In this document: one piece after another, positions 27,001 to 39,000 of the stretch | How the letters are laid out: each line of letters begins with the position of its first letter | Position numbering within the stretch: the stretch's first letter is position 1 | NCBI GenBank assembly: GCA_977030845.1 | Contig: OZ365109.1 | Coordinates: 38,874,001 to 38,938,000, forward strand | Direction of reading: 5' to 3' | Source: Fimbriosthenelais zetlandica | Taxonomy: Eukaryota | Length of the DNA: 64,000 nt | Position numbers and translations under genes: made by a program | The notes under the pieces: generated by a model | Database searches by the model: none | What the model saw: the letters and a program-made list of their open reading frames with translations, nothing else | What the model was told of the DNA's origin: nothing

Positions 27001-30000
27001 AGAATCGGATTAGTATGTTCCAGACCTGTTAAGTCTCTCCCCCAACCACTGACCGAGTATGACTGGCTGATGGAACTCCAATCAACCATCTGAGTTCTCA
27101 TTGTTATATCGGATATTACATGATAGATTACTGTATAGCTTTTCTCTTTTCTCCATTCATGTTTCTGATGAATGGTAATATGCTGTGCACATAGTCCCCT
27201 AGTGTTTTTTTCTCCATCTTTATAACTGCTTGAGGATATTGAGTTTGCAGCTGTGTTAATTACCAATAGCTAAGCTACTATATATATGATGGCTTATCCT
27301 TTCGGATGACATGTAAAGGTTGTACTCTATTTTTAATTGATTAAATATCCAACAACACGCAAGACTAACAAACGCCAACCATCCATTAGTTTTTGTTTGT
27401 CTAAATTCCATCTGGTGGTTTGGAATACTGGTCAAAGAACCAGACAGATGGACAATTTCCGAGATAGTAAGACTAACTACTGAGAAAAAATTGGGCTAGT
27501 AGCTCCCTCGCTTGGCACTCAAGAGGACAGTACTAGGACTGGTCAACCTGGTGTCAATATAATGTGACTGGGTGAGGTATCATGTCATGTTCCTGCGCCT
27601 TGATACCTCATTGAGGCAGCACTATAAAAGACTCACTGTCACAAGTAGGCACCGTCATGATATAACTGAAACATTGTTGAAAGGTGACTTTAACAACGGT
27701 ACAAGGCTAACTAAACAAATTTATAGAGCCTGATAAATCATTGAATCATGTAAAAACCTGTTTAGTTTAGACCTATATTTTATCATACAGTTTTTTGGTA
27801 GTAATATGTCATTGGTAAGGTCATACATAGATTGCTGGGATTTGTGCTCTCCTAGTACACTAATGGGAACAGTCAGATGCCTGTGACCAGTAGTCCCTCG
27901 TTCTCTTTCTGTCTAGTCTCATATTTCGCATTGTTGGATTACTAGTTTCCATGTATTTGCTACCCCTGTCGACATAAAGGCCATGCTTGTCACTTTGTTT
28001 TCCCTCATATTGCATTGCACGTTTCTGTCTGAAACAATACTGCATGCAGAACCATGTCTGCATTTGGCATGCAGGGAAAAAACCGGCCAACATGGAAATG
28101 AGCGATTACATGTAAATTTGTTGTTTTGTTTGTTCCCCTTAAAAGGCTTTTGCCATTATAGGTGTAAAATGTCATTGGAATATCTGGGGGAATCGTATCA
28201 GTTATTTTTACGTGTACCTTATTCTAGGTATGAAGACCAAAGTTGGATATAATTCTAGTAAAATTTAATGATAACAATTGGTATGCATGCGAATAGTAGA
28301 TTAATCAAACATTGTACATACATCCATTTGCCCTTCTCGGAATATGAAATATATCGAAATATGCGGTTCCTGTCATAATTATGTAACTGAATAACAGTCA
28401 TGAAACATAGATCCGGATATTATAATTTCCCCTCGACCCTGGAAAGTAATAACCAGGCGACAGCTCTGACATCTTCTCCCATCGTTCATTAAGTTCAAAA
28501 ACCTTATATCAGTCCATGCTCATCTATATGCCAGTAAATAATGTCCTGCCCACACATACACCCAAGGCAGATATATATATCTAGAAATAAAAACTAACCA
28601 TTCCTATAAGTAGAAGGACATTACATATACCATGGCCCTGTAGATCCTTCTAGGAATGAATGAATAGACTTGTTTTTATGGCTTTTGCTTGACTTGATGG
28701 AAGGATCCTGACACTCGTTGTAGAAGATCATGTTTTTATGTAGCGATGCACGATCCATGTAAGGCATTATCTGTCACAATGTCTCGTGCCATATGTTGTC
28801 AAGCGTTCATGTAGAATAGCCCCAGCATTCAGGGTGACTTCAGATGCCGCTCCCTGTTTCCCATCAAATTTTCCCCATCAGAATCACTGACCGTAAAAGA
28901 GAGGAATGCATTTGGAAGATATCTATTCCAGTTGCTACGCCTTCCACATAATTTACTCGCTTTAATGCCTTGGCTTTCCAACATTATGACATGTACATGT
29001 ACTCTGTATGTTAGCTATCAATGCAGGAGGCCATGTCACGTCTTTCATTTGATTGCCTTGCTTTGATTTCTTCGACATAGAAGCCAGTGCATAGCGTCTT
29101 TTAGATTGCCCCACAGGGAGAATAATCGGCATAAAAGATCTGAATGTTGTGTCGGTACAAAGGATTTGATATGTGTTTGTCCTTTGTGCCCTGGACCCCT
29201 TTCAGAAGTTGATCATATAGATATACGCCGCATATACCTTACCAATGAATAGCACATACGACATACATATATCTCGGGAAACCTATTTCGGTACTGTATT
29301 ATATGTGATCATGGTAGAAAGGTCTAAAAGTCTGAATGAAGGTTAAGGTATCATTTTTGACATTTTGTTAATTTGTCTGCTGTGCACAGGCCTGCCGTTC
29401 ACTGGAAATTATCCAAACTGTCATAGTTTAAAAAACTCAGTTGTATTCACCACCGACACAGATTAACCGTATGGGAATTGTATTTAACAATTGATATAAT
29501 ATGGAGATCATTTGCAACCGGATGCAGTCCATTTTCTTCTCCAGACCTAAGTTTTCTTGCCTCATCGGGTTACATTTCTAGCCAAGGGAGACGACATAAT
29601 ATAAATGTGAGCAACCTTGTTGTATAAGGTAAAACGGTCTATATCGGCAGTGTCATATACTTCCCCACATTAATCTATCCAAAGTGAATTTTGATGATAT
29701 ATCCAAGTGCAGAGGCGGGTTGAGGAAAAGACTAGTTGGGAAATATCTATCATTCAGGGGCAGTAAGTCAATGTCTAGCAGTAAGAATCAGCATTCAAAT
29801 ATAGAGTGTTTGTCTGATATAAGACTTGTGCATTCAGAATATTCATTCTCATGTTTGTGTTAATTTGGCTAGAGGAAATTAGAAGTTGCCACTTTTTACG
29901 AGCAAACTTCATGGAGGCATCAGTGTAAAAACAGAATGTAATCTGCATCTACATATGACCAATTCCCACGCGGCAGCAATGTGATCGATGCAGGAAGGTG

Positions 30001-33000
30001 AGGATTTCAAGAAATATTTCCTCTGACTTTCAGCAGTGATATATGCCAGTGACTGTTGAATGTTTTTTTCTATCAGTTTCTGTATGTGCTGTGAAATAAC
30101 AGCCGGGCCTGCATCTTTACTCTCCTTACGTTTAGTGATTGAAAAGAACTTGGTCCTGCAGCAAATCAGGTGAAAATACCCAGATTGTTAGTACGACAGA
30201 GTGAATACTTACTGCACTCATGTTACCAAAAGGGACGTGATTCAAATACAAAAACCTCTTGTCAAATCCAATCGCGGAAGAAAAGTAAAGGCAAGGATAG
30301 TTTGCTCTTTATGTGAGAAAATAACTTTGATATTTAATAATATCTTCCCGATCTTTTCGAGGGAATAGAAGGTATTGAATCATAAAAATATCTGTAGAGT
30401 ATAATAGAGTTTCCGTTACGTTCTAGAGTACCTTGTCTAATTGCTGGTGACGTGATAGCTGAGAGAGCATTGATCTGTGAATTGTAGAGCTGTGACTAAC
30501 CTTCTATAGGTAATTGATGAATGGAGGGGGGGATGACGGGGTGCTAGCATTCACTGAACGCCTGGATGCTTATTGATAAGCCCACCATTGTCTCTTATTG
30601 ATCTAATTATCGACTCTAACTATACAGCTCAGTAAAAAATACTAGACACTCACACACTACATATTTATCACTGGTCTTGTGCAACAGATTACCCTGGTCG
30701 TTGTCATCACAATAATTATCCATGTCATCCATCTATCCATCCACCCGCCCATCCATCTATCTATCCACCCATAAATCCATACATCCATCCACCCATCTAA
30801 CCTATCCATCCATCCCTCCATCCATCCACCCATCCACCCATCTTTCTAATCCATTCATCAATCTATNNNNNNNNNNNNNNNNNNNNNNNNNNNNNNNNNN
30901 NNNNNNNNNNNNNNNNNNNNNNNNNNNNNNNNNNNNNNNNNNNNNNNNNNNNNNNNNNNNNNNNNNNNNNNNNNNNNNNNNNNNNNNNNNNNNNNNNNNN
31001 NNNNNNNNNNNNNNNNNNNNNNNNNNNNNNNNNNNNNNNNNNNNNNNNNNNNNNNNNNNNNNNNNNNNNNNNNNNNGTGTATCATCTTTCATATAATGCG
31101 TAGAAGAAGCAATTTTCTTTCAAATGACTCCAAATGATTTGTTGCCAAACTTTGATGGCAGTTTGGAATTAGCAGTAAAGTGCCTGTTGATCATTGGCTG
31201 GTGTGGTGTTCTTGCATGAATTATGCATGGCGCTATTAACAGAGCAGGCTATAATTACCTGAGGTCATGTCCCTCATGGCGGCTAGAATGTTAATAAGTA
31301 ATACGCCATCCATCCCTTCCCTCAACCCATTCTTTATCTTTTTCAATAAATTTCCTTTTTCTGAACAGCATAAGAAAACAAGGTCCCCATTTCAATTCCG
31401 GCCATTGTATAACAACGCTTTAGTCTATGGTTATACAATGGCCAGAATGTTACCGTAAAAATGTGATTATTTAATTTATTGAATTCTATGGTTGTTTAAT
31501 ATTTATAAAAAGAAACTGTCAAATTTTAGGGGGCAGGAACCAACATCATATACAGTAACGTAATATGCTAGATACATGACCCATTATAGACCTATAGACC
31601 CATAGACCTGTTTAGGCCTATACAGTCCTACACGTTCCTCTCTTACGAACCCAGCATTATGCTCTATCACTTTATGGGTTTTGTGACACTCGGCTGTTGT
31701 TAGCATAATGACCATGAAACCGCTAGGCCTTCAACTCCATGATGAATTATCTGTTTTCTAATCGTGACAGTACGACCATGATAAGTTAATTACCCACATG
31801 GGTGTAATCCCTTCACACAAGGCTATCCTCTATACAATATCTGATACGAGAACCAGTTTCCAGTTTACCACCCAGGATCTATCTCGCTCATTTCATTATC
31901 CCATAGCCGGTACTCCCTTTTCAAAAATAATGCATGAGGAGTCCAAAAATGATTTTTTTTCACATTTATTCCCTATGTACTTTTGTTACACCTCCTGTAA
32001 CAAATAAGGTTAAATTTCATTTCCTACCCATAAGAGTTTGCCGGAAGTGCAGGTTAAGAAAGTTCAGATACGTTCGCATTGGAGTGGGGACCTTGCTCCT
32101 TTCTTATTCAGTTTCCTATTTGAGTGCAGGCCTACCACTCATGTACCTTTTCACTTTTTCCACAAAGTACAACCTACTTGTCATACTGTATATAATAGAG
32201 AAATGGAACGAGACAGCAATATGGCGGGAATAATGGCACGATATCGTTTGTGCGGATGAATATTCATCCGCACAAACGATGAGTGCCATTATTCCCGCCA
32301 TATTGCTGTCGAGTTCCATTTCTATTTTATTATATGCGCTATTTAAATGAATACTTTATTCATTTTTACATCAAGACTTAGCTATTTTTTTTTTGAGACT
32401 TGCCCTTTTTTGAGACCTGCAAATTTTTTTTTTGAGACCTGCCCTTGTCAAGTCTTGGTTACCAATGTCAACAAGTCGCCCTCAACCATCGCCATCCATG
32501 TATGGCTATAACCTATACTTCTCACTTACCCATCAACTTCTACTACCAACTATGCCAACTATGCCAGAGTCACTTTCCAGTTTGAGTATACTAGTCACGC
32601 GCCCATTCGCTCTATCCTCAATGTGACTATGCCTAATATATGGTGCCAGGACCAATTTCCACTTTGACTATACTACTCATGATTACCCTGCCTATACTTA
32701 TATATGATGCCTGAACCAGATTCCACTTTGACTATACTACTCGCCCACCCATTCAGCATTTCCACATAGGGTACTACAACCAGCTTAGCCCGAGAGACCA
32801 TGACCCTTGGAAAGACCATCCCATACCAGGACTGGAGAGAGTCAGTTTTTCTCGGGCTACAAACAACAATGCCTATATATGGGGCCAGAACCAGTTTCCA
32901 GTTCACCCACATACCTTATTTATTCGTTTCATACCCTAGATGTACCATACCCTACATAGCCTATATGTCAATGTGGTGCCACGTTTTGTATATTACCCAG

Positions 33001-36000
33001 TCAGATTCTGGATATTAAGCCTATACTGTCAATCAGGGATATGTGGAAGACCCATCCATAATAGGCTTTTGGGCTGATGATCTGTTGCGTCCTATTTCCC
33101 TGTAAATGGCTCTGTACATAAAGATAATCATACTTTGGCATGTTAATCTGCCAAGGCACCCCAGAGCTATTACAGAGAACATTGGCTACAGGAACCTAGC
33201 AGGTTCAAACTATAGGTTCAATACATCTGAAGGGCAAAAGTCTTATACCGAGCCCCCATATAGGCGATTATCCAAGTGACTAGAAACTATATTTCTAATC
33301 ACACCCAATGCTTGTAATTTTACCAGACCTTTACACCTAGCTAAGGCTAACAACTGACAAAGTTACAAGCATTGGGTGTGACTAGAAATATAGTTGCACG
33401 CTGCTATCGCTTGGAGAATCGCCTATGTGGGGCCCGGAATTAGCTTAGAATCCCTTCTGTTTGTCTGTGGTACGACTTGTACACGTTGGTTGCGGGGGTG
33501 GCAACCTTACAACCAATCACCAGAACTATCTTTAAACTACCCCTGTCAATGAACTGGGCAAGTTAAACCTAGTTCCAATCAGTATTCCTCGCGGGGCACC
33601 AATAATAATCAAGTTAACACCTTGGAAGTTCAAACTTCAAATCATTATGTTGAGTGAAGACGAGAAAACATGATTAATCCAAGTTAATTTTCAAAGCAGC
33701 TGATGTAATTCGTTTTCGATACATTCTGTGAAACCAATTCCTTAACACCTGATCCCGCCTCCAAGCCTTCCATTAGCACTTTTTATGTGCAAGACTTGAA
33801 TTTCGGAAGGGAAAGAAGGTTCTCCCCTGGGTTTTTTGTTCCCGTCTCTCTCACTTCATTCCAACTGGAATGGGACTTTTGACGCCTTCTGGGATTGTTT
33901 GCCTGATTGACTGTCAATTTCAATAAGCTACATTCCTGAATTAATAGCTCTTGGCATTGACAGGCCTGGAGCCAGGACCAGAGCTGTGAATTGCAGCTAA
34001 TTTCAATCAGACTCTAGAGTAACGTTAGTTGGCCCAGAGGGAAGTAATAACTTTGACCATCTTTATGAAATGCCACTTGTGATGACTTTCGAATCACATA
34101 AATTCCCTTTCTGGACCACAGTTGTGGTAGTGGTGTAGTGGTTAGAGTGTCTGCCTCGTGTGTCGAAGGTCGCAGGTTCGAACCGCGGCCGGGTCATACC
34201 AAAGTCTGAAAAAATGAGAGTAGTGGCTCTCTTGCTTGGCACTCAGCAATAGGAGGATAGTACTAGGAATGGTTAACCCGGTGTCAGTATAATGTGACTG
34301 GGTGAAGTATCATGTCATATCATACCTCAGTGTGTTCCTCTTCTGTTTTGGAATCCTATATGGCCCGACATCTACTGTACGATCTTTGGAAAAACAGATT
34401 TTTCTGATCGGCAAAGATCAAAATAAAATTGTTCCGGATCATTTCTCTATTGATTTACCATTGAAAAATCAGCGCCGATCCCAAGATTTTGGAATCCACC
34501 AGCCCGATCATCTGTTTTTTGGGTCCCGATCGTCTGTGATCGCTTAAGATCGCAAAATCGGGATGAAAATCGGGCTGGTGGATGTCGGGCTTAACTTGAC
34601 AAACTATGACTCTGCACTTTTCCTACTTTCTAACTATACAACTTTGACAATGAGGTTTATGGATCTGGTGACAGGCTGAGTTAAGAGACTATGTTAATGG
34701 TCTATTTTGGTGATTCCCCAGTGACCTTGTTTGACTCTACAAAATTGAGTTTCAAACTGACTAGATTGCCATGACAGACCATCAATCAGCAGGCGGCCGG
34801 CGATGACTTGGCACCGGTCAGAGAAACGTGATTTACAACCTTTCACCATGGCCTATATCAAGTCAAACGACTCATCCTTCCCGCCCACTAATACAATTCT
34901 TTATTATTCGCATTATGTCGAGTGGCGACAAGAGACAGCAGGTCAGAAGTAATCGCTTTCAGCAGACAATCGTAGTAATGTCGTTATGTTTTAGTTTGGT
35001 ATGTATGGACTTGGCACAGGGGGTATAAAGCCAATGTCCTGGCTGTGATTCCAGATTAATCAGGTTAGGTGAAATGACTGTCTGGTCCTCTAGGAACTGT
35101 GTGTGTGTCATACATGCAGCCATACACAGAAGGATAACTTTAGGTTTGCGACAATTCATCTACTTCTAGTCAACTTGGATCCCAACCCAATAATTCAATA
35201 TGACACTCATATAGGTGATAGGCCTACTTTATAATATAGCCTAGCTGAAAGTGACAAGCAAGAAGTTTGGATGGAAACCCATTCATCATGTCCAGCTTGG
35301 TTTATGACCAATAAAAAGTGCTCATTTTTTAACCTAGATGACGCATCCATAATGGCCCTGCCCTATAATTGACATATCATTATGATTACCTTCCTACTTG
35401 ACAGGCTTCATTCAGGCCCTGCCCATGTTGGTATAAAGCCTGGAACACACTAATCCGATTCTCCAATCCGTCGCCATCCGAACTCCCACTTCAAATGACA
35501 TCCAAATAAATAATGTCAGTGATTAGCCTTACCTGTAGGTGAAAAGGACTGTTCAAATTACAAGCATTTGGTGTGAATAGAATTATAGTTTCGGATAGCT
35601 ATCGGATGGCGCCGGATAGAGAATCGGATTAGTGTGTCCCAGGCTTAATAATACCATGATCCTATATCTATCGCCTCAGCCACAGATTACATGACTGGAG
35701 AATAGACGTGTCTAGAATGTCCCCCAGGCTTTACCGCATCCCCTACAGCTCAATCTATCGATTGATTGGAAGAAGCCTCATGTAGAACCAGACCCGTCTT
35801 GACTTATTTGCCCAAGGTTAAGTGGTATCACATCATGTCAAGCTGTCACTATTAATATAAGGCTTGCTAATTGCCAAGTCCAATCCCCATGTCAGTACCA
35901 ACTACCTTACTTGTCTCAATCTCAGATCAGGTCTGTCAACTTTGACCAGCAGGTCGTTGTATATGCTTACAACAGTGCTTAAGCCAAACGCCCTGATGGA

Positions 36001-39000
36001 CCAATATCCAGTGAGTGGGCCAGTGAGTCTGAGATTTTATTATTTATTGTTCCCAGTGACTCCTGGAAAACCTGGAAAAAGAATTTCACTTTATCCACTA
36101 TATCCAGACAAGGAAAATTCAAGGGAATTTGAGAAAAATCAAAAAATCAGAGACAACTCAGGGAATTTCAACACTGACTTAGAAGGACAATCTTTGGGAG
36201 ATGAACGCGTACAATCCTATGTCTGCCATTGAAGTTCAGAGTGATTCATATGATTAAAATATCTCCTGTTATTTAAGTGCTTACTCAGGGAAAAATCAGG
36301 GAAAACTCAGGGAATTCAGTAATTTCATCAACTGCTGGGAGCAACGTCATTCATTACGAGTATGAGTTGAAAAGAAAAATAAAAACCATCAGAACCAGTT
36401 TAAGGTGACCTTGTCTGTATAGCTGTCTGCTTGAGACGCTGCTTCCCTTTCTGTTTGAAATTTAAGCATTGGACCCATGCCAAAATATCATTGTACTAAG
36501 TCCTACCAGTTAACGCATGAAAGCCCACAAAGGACTGAGGCATATATATCACGTTTCCCTTTACCATGCGACAAGTTTTCTCCGGTGTTCACAGTGGTTC
36601 ATGTGATTGAATTGTAAAGTGAATATTACCAAATATACTGGAAACAACAGCTTTCAAAAAACCTTTCACGGTTTGTTTTTTTTACCGAAATACAATTTTT
36701 TTTATATGATCGCAAAGGGTAAAGGTAAAAGCGCTCCTGTCCAGAAGTGACCCTTTCTTTCTTCTTCACTGCACTTGTCTCTAAAATGCAGACATTTATT
36801 CTTGCGGGGTCTGGACTCGCATAATAGACGTTTTTCCCATTCGCCTTTTTGTTTTAGCTTGACTGCGGTAGATCAATACTGATGGATTGACATAAGAAGC
36901 TATGGGGAGTTTGGCTGGTATCTGGCGGGTGTAATTGCCTCTTATACCCACTGAGAGCTGCCTCTCTTAGGAGAACCTCAGTGTTATCTTGATGAAGGCG
37001 ATCTGAGTCTTCTGATGAACAGGTTTTAGTATGATGTATTGCATGTTTGGTGTGACTAATAGCTTTGGCTACCCCAGAGTCCCTTTCCCTTTGTGAATAG
37101 GAATGAGACGCCTTGGTTTGTTTGGTTGGGTGGTCGGTCATCCTTTATTTGGCCTCTGTGGTGGTCTAGGTGGAATGCCTAATCAGTGTTTATATATATA
37201 TATATATATCCAAACAAACTTCCACGATTATGTAATGTATAAATAAACGTGCGATTTAACAATTAATTATTATCCTTGCGCTATAATGCATCAGGGTTCC
37301 CAGTGACTCTGGAAATCAGGGAAACCTGTAAAATTAGTTTCACTTTTTCCAGACAGGGAAAACTGGAAAAATCAGGGCAAACTCAGGGAATTTCCACTCT
37401 GACTCAAAAGGATATATCTCTCGGAGGTTAACGTTTACAATTCCATGCCCGCCACTGAAGTTTAGAGTGCTTCATATGACTAAAATATCTTCTGGAATTT
37501 AAGGGTTTACTCAGGGAAAACTCAGGGAATTCTGTTTTCATGAACTGCCGGGAACCCTGATATATATATGGACATTTGAACCAAAGGTATCTCATTGTAA
37601 CTTTTTATTGCTTGGGGGGTCTTTATTATATTTTGTTACGGTGTTTTATAGAATGGCTCAAGTATCATATATCGCATCATAATACATATGTGCAAGAAGG
37701 TGTTTTATATGCTTTAATAGACGCAGAAAACGTCAATACACGATGATCGATCATCCGCCGCCCCACCACTCATCCTCAGACCACCACAGGCTTATTTCTG
37801 TGTATCTTCTACTTATCTCAGTACTTCTGAGGGCGGGGGTATAGCAGTGATCACACGGGGAAGTGAGTGTAATAGCCAGAACCCACTGAGCTCCCATCTC
37901 CCTACAATCTGCTTTACCATCCAATTACGAATTTTAAAAGAATGTGGAATAAACCTACTGAAAAGTATGTGGAGTGAACCTACGACCTACGACCATGTTC
38001 CTGTGTGCTATGTGTTTTTCTCCATGGATCAGAACACTTTATTTTGAGAATGTTAACGCAGATGGTAGGGAGATAATAGCTCCGTGGGTTCAGGCTATAA
38101 TCTTACCTTGTATTCTTGAAAAAAAATTCCTCATTTTATTCCCGGTTAGAATAAAAGAATTAAATTCTTTTTTTTAAATCCTACCTTGAGAAGTACTCCT
38201 CTCCACCTAGGATACTGTCCACTGACTTCCTCTTGAGCACGGCTAGGAAACTTTGTCTCCTGTTCCCAAATCCTGGCACATCGTGAATTTGCTCCAATGT
38301 GACACGCCGGTTCACCTTTTCCCTCGTGGTGCCCGACATCACGACAAGGACGGGGGACAAGAGGGAAGAGGGGGAGACAGGGAGAAGGGAATGGAGAGAG
38401 AAAAAACGGAACAACAAAATCAAAAACTCAAGGAAGTGTAAAGTGTAGGTTTAGAACTCAGACCATGATTTCTGAACATGGGGGTATGAGAGGGAGAAAT
38501 AAAGGGGGAGAGTATCCTTGTCACATTATCTACTTGGTTAGTTTAGTAGGTGCGAGGTGTACGGGAGATAGTAGTACCAGGCGAGGGGGATCTGTTGCCA
38601 TTGGAGTTTTGGTATCCATGGAAGTGGTTGTAAGTATAAGCCGGGTTAGCTGATGGTAGTGGCAGTGGTGGTGTCAGTGATGCTGATAGAGAGATAGCTT
38701 TACTGCTTCCTATCAGACAACTCTCTCTCTCTCTCTTTCTCTGTCTATTGCTGCTACTGCTCGGAGCAGCTCCTGCAAGCTGAGGCTGGAATCCACCAGC
38801 AGGCTTGTCGCTCACAACATCATGTTCTTCTGGAGCCGGTGTGTTCGAGTACCCATCTAACCCGACCAACTGTATATATATAGCGTCCATGGGAGAAATT
38901 ACACCTTCCTAGCCTTTCCCAAGGACTTGAGTGGTTTAGTATGACAAGTAGTTCATGGGGACAAGGCCACTTGGTGCATTGTATAATAAATTACCCTAGT

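Noticed and set aside
28635-28655. miR-10-like CCCTGTAGATCC (also miR-125-like at ~16076 and miR-71-like at ~24419)
   Set aside because: Only partial matches, with no precursor hairpin evident.
30722-31096. ORFs spanning the first gap (and 41006-41321 across the second)
   Set aside because: Artifacts of (ATCC)n and N-runs.
34915-34992. Plus-strand MSSGDKRQQ...VVMSLCFSL|gtatgt as an alternative FAM20B anchor exon
   Set aside because: The donor is phase 0, but the next FAM20B exon needs phase 1.
38543-38890. 115-aa ORF as an independent gene
   Set aside because: Low complexity, includes an (AG)n tract; better explained as leader sequence of the 38339 exon.
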